From the NCBI GenBank assembly GCA_963663405.2, contig CAXXSM010000065.1, positions 1-32,874 of the forward strand: a DNA stretch of 32,874 nucleotides. Direction: 5' to 3'. A program made the translations under genes and the position numbers. Shown here in pieces: positions 1 through 10,152 of the stretch. Source of the stretch: a bacterium (GTDB lineage Bacteria > Hinthialibacterota > Hinthialibacteria > Hinthialibacterales > Hinthialibacteraceae). How positions within the stretch are numbered: position 1 is the first letter of the stretch; every line of letters begins with the position of its first letter. Under the pieces are notes generated by a model. The model had not been told where the DNA came from. It saw only the letters and a program-made list of their open reading frames with translations, and did not search any database.

Positions 1-648
1 ATATCCATGGAAGCGTCGCAATATTGCAATGCGTACCGGGTGATGAAGCAATGGCAATGAAGCGCTGAATTCAACGAGGTCTTGATTCTATGGTTCGGAT
101 TATAGACATCTTTGCTTCGAACTTTCTTGAACAGAGTTGGACTGATATCTTCGGGAATCTCATAAACAAGTCGGATGTGTGCGTGGCCAATTGCTGGATT
201 GTGATTTCCGATTCGGCGGGGACGGTTATGATTTTACCATCTTTTTCTTTAATCAGCACTCCCTATTTTTGAATTGTGGAAGATATTTGGAAACGGATCG
301 CTGAGAAGAATATGACCTTCTTCAAGCAATATCATCATGGCAGTGCAGGTGACTGGCTTGGTCATTGAATACAAACGGAACAAAGCGTCCTTTTCCATTG
401 AATTTGGTTTTCCAAATCGCGATAGCCATAAGCTTTAAATTGAACAATTTTACCGTGCCGGGCGATGAGTGTAACAAGTCCCGCTAGTTCATTATTGTCG
501 ATATAACTTTGCATTACTGGATCGAGACGTTCTAACCGACTGGATGACATGCCTACTTGCTCAGGCTTGACACATCAAATGTATCGGCATAAACGCTGGA
601 CAGACACATTACAAACAATAAGAAAACCATACCTAATCGATTTTTCAT
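1..648 (-). pseudogene. Serine hydrolase (class C beta-lactamase/esterase-like family), multiply frameshifted, runs off left edge
   Basis: Joined frames give signal peptide MKNRLGMVFLLFVMCLSSVYA, then RLERLD..YIDNNELAGLVTLIARHGKIV..AYG, MEKDALFRLYSMTKPVT (SxxK motif near 355-375), ITIQQLATHTS, and an LPLLHHP-like segment near base 40. The breaks may be sequencing errors. Confidence 0.8.
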
Positions 649-946
649 GATTTCCCCTCGTATTTGGTATATGTTAAAGAAACTTATTTTAAGAAATAGC
701 ATCGGAGAATAATGAATTACACCGAAGTTGCTGCTTTTCAATTTGACGGCATATGGAGGTTGGATTTAGAGAATCAAGAATGAGTTCTAGTGATCAAAAG
801 GTTACTGAAGCGAATTCCTCATCCCGTTTATTCAAGTCATTTCGAAACGATTTGATGAGAAATTGTGGTATTTTGGGAATTAGATCTCGTTCAGTATTAA
901 GAAATTAATGATCCAAGTATACGTTTGCAAAAGAGGTGTACCGAAA

Positions 947-1240
947 TTATTCCCGATTAGAGCGTTCTTTCATATAGCTTCCGGCTTTGAATTGAATGAT
1001 ATTGTGGGCGGTAGCTACTGCTTCTTCTCCCGTGACGGGATTTCTCCCAACTCGGGCGGGAGTCTTTTTAACTCTGAAGGTTCCAAAGCCGCGTATTTCG
1101 ATCCGCCCATCGCTTGCCAGGAGATCGATAAACGTTTCGAAAACGCATTCAACAATCTCTTTAATATGCTTGATCCTGATTCTCTCTCCCTTTTTGTTCA
1201 TTTGCCGGATAACGATTTCAACGATCTCTTTCTTCGTCAC
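947..1240 (-). CDS. HU/IHF family DNA-binding protein (IHF-beta-like)
   Basis: 97 aa; MTKKE start, RIEIRGFGTF and ARVGRNPVTGE motifs; GGAGG upstream of the GTG start. Confidence 0.92.
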   Translation of the reverse strand: MTKKEIVEIVIRQMNKKGERIRIKHIKEIVECVFETFIDLLASDGRIEIRGFGTFRVKKTPARVGRNPVTGEEAVATAHNIIQFKAGSYMKERSNRE

Positions 1241-1387
1241 AAATCAAATCCTCCCACAGTATGATTGCCATCTTTGCCATAGATTTTGGATTTAAAACAA
1301 TTTCCCCAAACCGGTCAACGTATTATTTAGTTTTCCCGCAAGCGAACCTACAATGATCCATTACATGAATGGTTTTGGTTGCAGGCT

Positions 1388-3546
1388 ATGCTTACTGAAC
1401 TCCAAGGGCTGATCGAACGCATCACCTATTTCAATGATGAAACAGGGTACACTGTCGCGCGCGTGAAAGTCTACAGACGTCACGAACTGGTTACTGTTGT
1501 CGGGACGTTGCACGAGATGAATCCTGGGGAGATCATCCTGATGAGGGGTGAATGGAGCACTCATCCCAAGTTCGGAGAGCAATTCAAAATCGTTTATTAC
1601 GAATCGAAAGTCCCGGCTTCCGTGACCGGCATTCAACGCTATCTGGGATCGGGATTGATTAAGGGGATCGGGCCAATCATGGCCAAGCGGATCGTTGCGA
1701 AGTTCGGTGAGAAGACGCTGGATGTGATCGATGGGGATGTTAATCGACTGATCGAAGTGGACGGCATCGGCGATAAACGAGTGGATATGATCGCCAAGGC
1801 CTGGGATGAGCAAAAAGAAATCCGGCAGGTGATGATTTTCCTCCAATCCCAGGGCGTGAGTTCGATCTATGCAACGAAAATCTTCCGGCAGTACGGCAAC
1901 GCCACCATTTCAGTTGTGAAAGAGAATCCCTATCGCCTGGCTACGGATATCTTCGGAATCGGTTTTGTAACCGCCGACCGAATCGCCGAGAAACTCGGCT
2001 TCGCCAGGGATTCGGATTTGCGCGCCCAGGCAGGAATCCTGTACGTACTCCACCAATTATCCGATGAAGGCCACGTTTATTATCCCTACGAACTGCTGAT
2101 GGAAGAGTCGGGAAAGATTCTGGAGATTCCCGCGGGGATCATTGAAAACGCTCTGAACGTCATCGCTTCCGAACGAAGAGTCGTCATTGAGGAGTTACGC
2201 GATGGAATCAGGGCTGTCTATCTCGCCAAGTTTCATGTTTCGGAGACTGCCGTCGCTTCCCGGATCAAAGCCCTGCTCGCCCATGAAAAAAGCATCCGGG
2301 ACGTCAATGCGGATAAAGCGCTGGAATGGGCGCAGGAGAGGTTGTCCATCATCCTGTCCGACAAACAAAAAAAAGCGGTCGTCTCCACTCTGACCAACAA
2401 AGTCCTGGTGGTCACCGGAGGGCCGGGAACAGGAAAGACCACTATTATACGCTCGATTCTCGCCGTCTTTTCCACCATGAAAATCCAATTTCTCCTGACG
2501 GCCCCCACGGGACGGGCGGCCAAGCGAATGAGCGAAGCCACAGGCCAGGAAGCGAAAACAATCCACCGGCTCCTGGAATACAACCAGCAAAAGGGAGGAT
2601 TTCAACGGGACGAGGAGAATCCGTTGGATTGCGATCTGCTGATTGTCGATGAGATGTCCATGGTGGATACGATCCTGATGCATCACCTGCTCAAAGCCGC
2701 GCCGCTTCACGCCGTGTTTCTCATGGTGGGGGACATCAACCAATTGCCCTCGGTCGGCGCCGGGAACGTGCTGCGCGATATTATCGAGTCTGGAGCGGTT
2801 CCGGTCGTCGAGCTCAACGAAATATTCCGCCAGGCCAAGGAAAGTTCGATCATCGTCAACGCCCACCGGATTAACCAGGGGCTTTCTCCCATCCTGAAAA
2901 AGACGACAAGGAACTGGATGATTTCTATTTTATCCATCAAGAAGATCCGGAAGCCGTGATTCAGACCATCATCAAACTGGTGCGGGAGAGAATCCCTCAG
3001 CGATTCGGGCTCGACGCAGTTGATGATATTCAGGTGCTCACTCCCATGCAGAAGGGCTCTGTGGGCGGGGCCAAGATGAACGCCGCACTGCAAACCGCCT
3101 TAAATCCGTCCACCCAGGAAATAACTCGCGGGGGCCGAAAATTTCTAGCGGGCGATAAGGTCATGCAGATCAGGAATAATTACGATAAAGAGGTCTTTAA
3201 TGGCGATATCGGCCGAATCCGGTCAATTGATTCTGAGATGCAAGAGGTCAAGATCGATTTTGACGGGAGGGAAATCACCTATGAATTCTCCGAACTCGAT
3301 GAGATCATATTGGCGTACGCCGTCTCAGTGCATAAATCACAGGGCTCCGAATACCCGGCGGTGGTGATTCCGTTGTTGACCCAACACTACGTCATGCTGC
3401 AACGCAACTTGTTGTATACGGCGGTGACGAGGGGCAAGAAACTGGTGGTTCTGATCGGAACCATAAAAGCCCTGGCTATCGCCGTGAAAAATGATAGGAC
3501 GCAGAAGAGGTATTCGTATTTGAGGGATCGATTAAGTCGAGCGTAA
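1388..3546 (+). CDS. recD2: RecD2 (RecD-like SF1B ATP-dependent DNA helicase), one frameshift near 2897-2905
   Basis: N-terminal GxIERITYFNDETGYTV, HhH segments (GLIKGIG, VDGIG), Walker A GGPGTGKT, APTGRAAKR, IVDEMSM, GDINQLPSVG; the second frame has LAYAVSVHKSQGSEY and RNLLYTAVTRGK. The frames join at an A-run (ILK/DDKELDDFYFI). Confidence 0.93.
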
Positions 3547-3564
3547 TCAGAAAGGAAAAGTGAC

Positions 3565-4438
3565 GTGGGACAAATATCAAATAAACTGAAAAAGAAATTC
3601 TCAAACAAAAAGAAATTGGTTTTATTCAATGAAATCAGGGAAATCGCATCCCAGTCCGAGCAATTATCGAATACAATCAAACCCCCGGATCGATTGAAGA
3701 ATTACGATCCGCTTCATGCGATTCATATTACCGCTCAAAATCTAGTTTCAGTTTTCGCCGAACAAATCTCAATACTCCCTGAATTAAAATTGTATCACAA
3801 AGAGGTTGCCAAAGCGGAAGATCTGTATATCCCGGGTTTCCCGCCGATTAGTCCTATTACGAATTCTTATTTTACCATGTGGGCTTTTTATGATTATTGT
3901 TTCGGCGACGATCGAGAGAGTATTGCAAGCATATTGCTCGATTTGTCCGGTATCTTGCACTTGAGCGCTGAGTGGTTGCAGGTTATTGAAACTTAAAAGC
4001 GCTCGTGTATGGGAGTTCACGAACATTGCGGATTTTTCGAAGATAAAATCCTTTTGAAAGCGTTGCTAACCGGCGAAGAGCGGAAGTGTATATGCCCAGC
4101 AGGATACAGAGGAGAGAAAGGAGAACTGTGGTTTGCCCGGGATTGTTGACGCTCCGTTTTCCTGGCTGGATTATAGCGTGGTTTTTACGACTCCGTATCT
4201 TTTACGAGGACATAACAAGGTTCAATGGTTAGAATATTTTGAGAGGAATGGGATTACGGAGAAAGATTCGGATGCGCAACAGAAACTCCAGTTGTTCATG
4301 AAACAAGGCGACGCCATTTTTTATTGGCATGATTTTATTGGGAATGGTTATGATGGATACCGAGATAATGTGATATTTCTTCGCGGTATTCCGGATATGC
4401 CAATCACATTACCGAATGGAGACCTGTTTGATGGTTGA
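3565..4438 (+). CDS. Hypothetical protein, split by about two frameshifts (near 3990-4005 and 4138-4141)
   Basis: ORFs 3565-3996 and 4133-4438 are bridged by a coding-like frame MGVHEHCG...CICPAGYRGEKGELWFAR; the gene starts 18 bp after the recD2 stop. Confidence 0.65.
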
Positions 4439-4471
4439 AATCGCTTGGTGGTGCTTCTATCTTCGCTGGTT

Positions 4472-5047
4472 TTACATTAGCTCATAAAATGATTCTTCGC
4501 CTAAGTGTTCGGCGTATTGTTGTACCAATTTTTTTAGATCGCCGTATTGGTGTAGTGACATCCAGTGATCTTCGCCGCCTCTGAAGCACATTCGTTCCAC
4601 GCAGAATATGCGCTTTTCCGCATCGATTAAGACGAATCGCATCATGGGGGAATAACTTGCGCGTTCTCTGTCGATTCGTAGGAACTGTTGGGTCATGAGT
4701 TGTCCTAATGGCCCCATGTTGTTTATGGCTTCATTCCTGTTCTGGTCAGATAGGTAAACGGTTATTGCGTTGTCTCTTACATCGATTTTGAATTCTTTGA
4801 TTTTGGAGTATTTTTTGATTCCTTGTTCAACAATCAAGATTTCTTCGTCGCGTATCACTTTAGGCCGGATTTTTCGTAAGAATACGTGGGCGTTGGGATT
4901 TTCGTACACCTCATAACCAAGCGGGATTGATTCGACGCATTCGCCGTCTGATTTCGGAGAAAAATAATATTTGGATTTCCCCGTTTTTGTTTCCCCAAGA
5001 TGAAGATAATACGTTTTCCCTTTGCGGTTTGTGTGAGTAATGGACAT
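4472..5047 (-). CDS. Hypothetical protein
   Basis: 191-aa ORF with ATG and an upstream purine-rich SD-like sequence; protein-like composition (NRKGKTYYLH, YEVYENPN, PMMRFVL). Confidence 0.8.
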   Translation of the reverse strand: MSITHTNRKGKTYYLHLGETKTGKSKYYFSPKSDGECVESIPLGYEVYENPNAHVFLRKIRPKVIRDEEILIVEQGIKKYSKIKEFKIDVRDNAITVYLSDQNRNEAINNMGPLGQLMTQQFLRIDRERASYSPMMRFVLIDAEKRIFCVERMCFRGGEDHWMSLHQYGDLKKLVQQYAEHLGEESFYELM

Positions 5048-5194
5048 AAGGCTCTCTTTTGTTTGGTGTTGATTCTATTCGAACATGGAAAATCGAAGTT
5101 TCTATTTGTTTGTATCCGTATCGGCGTTTTTCTCTTTCCCGCGCAGATTAATTTTCAATATGGAAAGGAATCCCCGTTCTTGGACAAAACTGCT

Positions 5195-6436
5195 TTATAA
5201 TTTAAATCGGAAAAATTTATCGTACAGTTCTGTTTTGCGGTACTCGTAGTCTCTTATTCTTTTCTCTTCTTTAGGTAACGCTCGGGTTTCGATCAGGCCG
5301 AATCGGACCAGAGGTTCGAGGATTCGCATCTGGACTTGGATGCCTAAGTCCCGATCTTCGTAGACGTAGTCTTGGACGATGGGAAGCGTGATTTGTTCGG
5401 CTATGTCCTCCGGCTTTTTCCAGTCTTGCAGGCGTTTTCCGATGGCGTAGAACGAATAGGCTATTGCGTCTTGTAACGGCTGGTTTTGTGGCGTTCCATC
5501 AAGGTAGGCCAGATCGAATTTTTGGAATTGGGTTTTGAAGAGGTGAACGTAGAGCCAAACGGCGAACGCTTCATGGGCGTATTCTTCGCCCTTCTTGGTG
5601 ATTTTGAAAGAGGATTTATGTTTTCGGATCAGACCGGAGCAGATCGCCAATACGCGCACGAGGTGGACGTGTATGGCGTCATCTTCGTTCAGCGTGGTTT
5701 TGTCATTGATAGTCCAAGCAAAGATATCCGGCGGCGGACCGAACGCCTCCATCATTTTCTGGACGAATTGGCGGTTGAGGTTACCCGAGCTGGTTGCTTT
5801 AATGCCGCCTCCTTCTTCGATGATCCCGGCGAGGAAGACCCGGACATCGTGAACAACCGGCGTACTCAAGATTTCTTCTTTAGGGATCGCCTGGTTGAGG
5901 CGCAAAGCGCTGTTCGGATTATCCCAATCGAAATCAATGAGGTAGTGGATTTGTTCCGGGGATAAGCCGCCCATGTCGTCTTGGGGCTGACGATTGTGCT
6001 CCACCATGATCTCCGACATGGCGGCGTTGAGTTCCTCGATGCTGCCGAATTCTCGGCCCTGAACTGTGGATTGTATCCGACCGGAGAGTTCTTGGGGAAA
6101 ATGCGAATTCAGAAAATCTTCGAAGGATTGGGGCGCTTCGTCTCCATCCGTGTAGGTTTCAAGCAGGCGGTGAACCTTCTCGAACAGCCGATTCCATCGT
6201 TTTTGTTTTTTCTTGTTATGGCAGAGGTCGGCTCCGGCGGAGGCCGCTCCGGCGAGTTCGTCCGCCTCGTCCAGATTCAGCCGGACGACCAGATTCTCGC
6301 CTTCCATGACGGCGAAGCGGAGCTTCTTCTCAAGTTCTTCTGAGATAAGCAGTGCTTCGTTGAGAATCAGCGTCCGCTCGTCTTCCTGAAGCATCAACGG
6401 AACGGTTTCGCCTGGGGCGATTCGAATCCTCTGCAT
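5195..6436 (-). CDS. Hypothetical multi-domain protein, possibly with winged-helix segments
   Basis: 413-aa ORF with GAGGGG upstream; motifs GGLSPEQ, KATSSGNL, and wing-like GLIRKHKSSFKITKKG and RFGLIET. Confidence 0.8.
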   Translation of the reverse strand: MQRIRIAPGETVPLMLQEDERTLILNEALLISEELEKKLRFAVMEGENLVVRLNLDEADELAGAASAGADLCHNKKKQKRWNRLFEKVHRLLETYTDGDEAPQSFEDFLNSHFPQELSGRIQSTVQGREFGSIEELNAAMSEIMVEHNRQPQDDMGGLSPEQIHYLIDFDWDNPNSALRLNQAIPKEEILSTPVVHDVRVFLAGIIEEGGGIKATSSGNLNRQFVQKMMEAFGPPPDIFAWTINDKTTLNEDDAIHVHLVRVLAICSGLIRKHKSSFKITKKGEEYAHEAFAVWLYVHLFKTQFQKFDLAYLDGTPQNQPLQDAIAYSFYAIGKRLQDWKKPEDIAEQITLPIVQDYVYEDRDLGIQVQMRILEPLVRFGLIETRALPKEEKRIRDYEYRKTELYDKFFRFKL

Positions 6437-6636
6437 TCTCTTTTCCCCTCAAAGATCTTTTCCGCAAAATATCAGGTTGTATTCTTTTTTCATAGGCAGA
6501 TAGTATTTCTGATTATTGTTTTGCTCATTTTTCAACAAAAATTTCATGTTCTCCATTCCAATTTTTATCAATATAGAAGGGATAGAGAGCCAACGACTCC
6601 TTTTCCATCTTTTTTTGTTCGATATCGATAAAGCAA

Positions 6637-7740
6637 TCAATTATCGATAATTTTTCTGCCATCCAATGTATCCAAAATCTGCATCAACCGGCGTTTGGCT
6701 TTGTGTTTCAACCTCAAATCCAGTAAATATTGTTTCCAATCCGCCATTCGCTTCAAGGAATGATACAGATTTTTCATCTTGCGAAGATAGATCGCCGCTG
6801 TTTGGTATTCCGATGGTTTTACTGCCGCGATATGAGATTCCGCCAGCGTTCGCCATATGACAAGAGAGTCATCCGGATATTTTGATTTTAACGCTTCGGC
6901 AACACGGTCGTCATTGGATAAAACTCTGTTACGCTTCTGTTTCTGTATATTGAACCATTTCAACACATCCTCGGGCCGCTTTTCTTCGATGGCTATATCG
7001 ATTAGCGTTTGCGTATTGGGAAAATGCGGCTGAAATCGCGGCTTGGGAACGGTCAATCCGCAATCCGGCAATGGCCACGAATCTCTTTTTTCGGGATGTT
7101 CGCCGGTTTCTAGAAAGTGAAGGGCTGCTTCTTGTATCGTTGGCCACAAGCGTATTGCCTTGGCCGTCTTTTGCAAATCTTGATATGCATTCGAACTAGG
7201 CGAATGAACGAATTCGAGAACGCGAAAGGATGCAACCAGCTTTTTGTTTTTTTCAATGGCGGCGATTTCTCTGAGTTTTCGTTCCAAAGACCAAGCGAGA
7301 CCAGACAAAGATCCAACCGTATCCTCAAAACCTCGACGCGCCCATTCACGAGCCCTCTCGTATTCCTTTGAGCCGATCAAGCAATCTACCAACCGTTCGT
7401 AGCATTGCGTAATTTTAGCTTCACGTTCTAAAAGAGGAATGATGTCTTTGGTTCTTCCTCCTTCCTCATAGGCATAAATGATCCAATCGATTAGTTTCTG
7501 ACGATTATACTTTTCTGAAAAAGACGAGTCTTCTCTAATAATCGGCATAGTTGAGAGACGATTTTCCAATTCTTCAGAAACGGATTTCCAATCGCTTTTT
7601 GTATAAATACGCTTTCGCAGATATTGCTCGTAATCATCGAGGATGGAGTAATTGTCCTGCAAGAACAAATCGATCATCCATTTTAACTGCTCGACCTTTG
7701 AAAGATTGGATTGAGAGATCGCCTTAAATACGATTTCCAT
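6637..7740 (-). pseudogene. C-terminal helical part of an IS-interrupted SWIM zinc-finger protein
   Basis: Intact 367-codon frame starting at the duplicated ATGGAA; it continues in frame from ISQCME of the 10153-10956 fragment once the IS and one TSD copy are removed. Confidence 0.85.
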
Positions 7741-10152
7741 CAGACCTCACTAAAACAGCCATTTTTACCCCAAAATAATCGCAAATAAAATTCCCGCTTA
7801 CCGAGGGAATTTGCTGTCAACCTACTCCCCTCTACAATCCAGTAATTCCATAAAAAAAACAGAGAGGGACTCATCATTTCTCATTTATCACATTCCGATT
7901 ATTTACAAAAGATTTTAGGCACGGACAAGAGAAATCCGGTGTTTACGATTTTCTGCGATGAAGAGGAAGACCAGTTGCATGTCTATTACGGCGCGGATCT
8001 ATTAGAAATTGTACCGGACGATCGAGAGCATATCGAATACAAATTACTCGTCGCTCGACTCTACAACGCCAACCTCAATGCGACCATCTTGCAAGAAGTC
8101 TTTCAAGTGGACCGGAAAACTATGAAGCGGTGGGGAGCCGCTCTTCGCTCTGGGGATAGTGAACAACTACGGAAAGTGTTGTTTGGCCGCCAAGCGCGAA
8201 GAAAACTCACTCCGGAAATCGAATCGTATATCCGCATGCGATTTCCCGCGATTTACGAGGAAACAAAATATGAATATAGCAAACGGATGCGGGAAGAAAT
8301 TGAGCAGGTGTTCGGCTGCACGCTATCCGGGGAAACGCTCCGTCCCTTGCTGAGAGAATTGAAGGAAAGCATAAAAGTTCAAAAGGAAAATGAGGAAACT
8401 CCCTGGGATTGTGAGCAGGAACCCGAGATCGAAGAAGAGGAGAAGACAAGCGAAATTGGCTCTGAAAACGAAGAAATTCGAGAACAATCTAAGGAGTCAT
8501 CCACACCAATGCCTTGTAACAATCGCAAGGAGTCTCCCGAATTAAAGGAAGCCTTTCCGGAGGAAGTGACGCTGTGTCATCACCTGGGCGTGTTGCTGTT
8601 CAGCGCCTTGTTTCTTAGTCTCGACGCTTTCCCGGGGGAGGAGAGTTGGCTGCTCAAACAATGGGTGGCGATCATCTTGTTAGGAGCGGTCAATATCGAA
8701 CAAACCAAGTTGCTGGATTTCGAGGATTTGAAACGGCTTTTGGGGAAGTGCATGCGCTCCTTGCATGACCAACGAACGCATCTGGGCCAAATGGCGACGG
8801 TCGCGATGGCGGAGCAGGTTCTTCGGTTAAACGCCGCAGAGGTCGATGCGGCGGCGAACGATGACTTTTATTACGATCCCCATACGAAACTCTATACAGG
8901 AATCCAGAACGTCTTGAAAGGCTGGTGTCCAAGCATTCGTTCGGCGGATAAAGCGCTCCATATGGATTTTATTCACACGGCGGCGGGGCATCCGGTGTAT
9001 CTCGAATCGACCGATAACTACGAAGACATGCGGGATCGGTTTTTTCAGGTGACCAACCACTTTCGAGCGCTTTTACAGATGGATAAAAAGAAGGTGATCA
9101 CCTTCATCGTTGACCGTGGGATATACAGTCTTGAAGTCTTTCAGAAATTCATCGAAGATCCTTCCACGCATGTGATCACGTGGGAAAAGAATTACAAGTT
9201 GGCGCCTTGGCCAGCGGAACCGGCGCCGGGAGCCTTCACGCTGGAACGGAACCGCAATTGCGCTACGGATCTGCAACTCTATACCTTCGCCTGCCTTGAT
9301 GAGCGCTGGGAAAAGGATTCGTCGATGCGGAGGCTGCGCGTGCGCGCGACCAATCCCAAAGGACGGACGATCGAAGTGGGCGTATTGACCGATGACTTGA
9401 CTCGGCCGGCCCCAGAGATAATTACCTTGATCTTCCGGCGCTGGATCCAGGAAAATGATTTTAAGTATTTGGACAAACACTTTGGGATTAACGAAATCAC
9501 CAGTTATGCGGTGATTCCTTACAAGCGATTACAAGATCACCTGGAAGATCAACAAATGAAGAGCGGCGCATATAAAGCGCTGGAAATGGAACGAAGCCAA
9601 ACGCAAGAGAAATTGGGCAAACTCTTGGTCCAGGAACGTCAACATCCCGGGAAAAATGCAAAACGTGCCGAAAAGATTCAAACCTTGTCTCACCGGCTGG
9701 ATGAGATTGACGAGGAAATGAAAACGACAGAAAAGGAAATGTCCCGGCTTGAGTTTTTAATCGAGCAGGATTGCGTCCGCTTGGATACACGCAATAAGTA
9801 TTTGATGGACGTTTTGAAATTGTTGGCGCGAAATATCTTTTACAAAATGCTGGAGCCGTTCAAAAAAGAGTATGATAATTACAGGGATGATCACGTGCTC
9901 TTTCGTTCCTTAACTCAATCGGATGGAGTCATCAAACAACAGGGAGATCAGGTGGAAGTCATTCTCCTTCCGAAACCGAATTATCCACCGAAAGTAAGGC
10001 GGATTATGGAGCAGTATCTGGCTAACATCAATGAGACCCACCCCCTTATGCCCGATGGCTCGAATCGGCAAATTCACTTTCGACTGGGGAAAAAATCGGA
10101 ATTTGAAATTGCGATTGTTTCAGTACCAAAACGGCCGAAATAGTGAGTTCTG
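7741..10152 (+). mobile_element. Insertion sequence, 2412 bp, large DDE transposase (family unassigned; IS4-superfamily-like motifs)
   Basis: IRL CAGACCTCACTAAAACAGCCATTTT (7741-7765) vs reverse complement of 10128-10152 CAGAACTCACTATTTCGGCCGTTTT (19/25); TSD TTCCAT at 7735-7740 and 10153-10158. Confidence 0.93.
7939..10143 (+). CDS. DDE transposase (734 aa)
   Basis: N-terminal HTH-like segment (VFQVDRKTMKRW); D in YYDPH, D in IVDRG, E in RWIQENDFK; coiled-coil insert; the stop codon lies within the right IR. Confidence 0.88.
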   Translation: MFTIFCDEEEDQLHVYYGADLLEIVPDDREHIEYKLLVARLYNANLNATILQEVFQVDRKTMKRWGAALRSGDSEQLRKVLFGRQARRKLTPEIESYIRMRFPAIYEETKYEYSKRMREEIEQVFGCTLSGETLRPLLRELKESIKVQKENEETPWDCEQEPEIEEEEKTSEIGSENEEIREQSKESSTPMPCNNRKESPELKEAFPEEVTLCHHLGVLLFSALFLSLDAFPGEESWLLKQWVAIILLGAVNIEQTKLLDFEDLKRLLGKCMRSLHDQRTHLGQMATVAMAEQVLRLNAAEVDAAANDDFYYDPHTKLYTGIQNVLKGWCPSIRSADKALHMDFIHTAAGHPVYLESTDNYEDMRDRFFQVTNHFRALLQMDKKKVITFIVDRGIYSLEVFQKFIEDPSTHVITWEKNYKLAPWPAEPAPGAFTLERNRNCATDLQLYTFACLDERWEKDSSMRRLRVRATNPKGRTIEVGVLTDDLTRPAPEIITLIFRRWIQENDFKYLDKHFGINEITSYAVIPYKRLQDHLEDQQMKSGAYKALEMERSQTQEKLGKLLVQERQHPGKNAKRAEKIQTLSHRLDEIDEEMKTTEKEMSRLEFLIEQDCVRLDTRNKYLMDVLKLLARNIFYKMLEPFKKEYDNYRDDHVLFRSLTQSDGVIKQQGDQVEVILLPKPNYPPKVRRIMEQYLANINETHPLMPDGSNRQIHFRLGKKSEFEIAIVSVPKRPK

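Noticed and set aside
1-648. Beta-lactam resistance gene
   Set aside because: The SxxK family includes many esterases and peptidases; the fragmentary sequence gives no evidence for a true beta-lactamase.
2895-2960. Programmed ribosomal frameshift in recD2
   Set aside because: Not a known feature of RecD2, and similar homopolymer indels occur throughout the window.
1361-3093. Minus-strand ORFs up to 223 aa opposite recD2 (similar shadows occur opposite the GH, transposase and kinase genes)
   Set aside because: Antisense shadows of well-supported genes with no recognisable motifs.
6449-6640. 63-aa ORF between the SWIM C-terminal part and the 413-aa gene
   Set aside because: TTG start with no clear SD, AT-rich, no motif; cannot be supported, although its position does not exclude a small gene or remnant.
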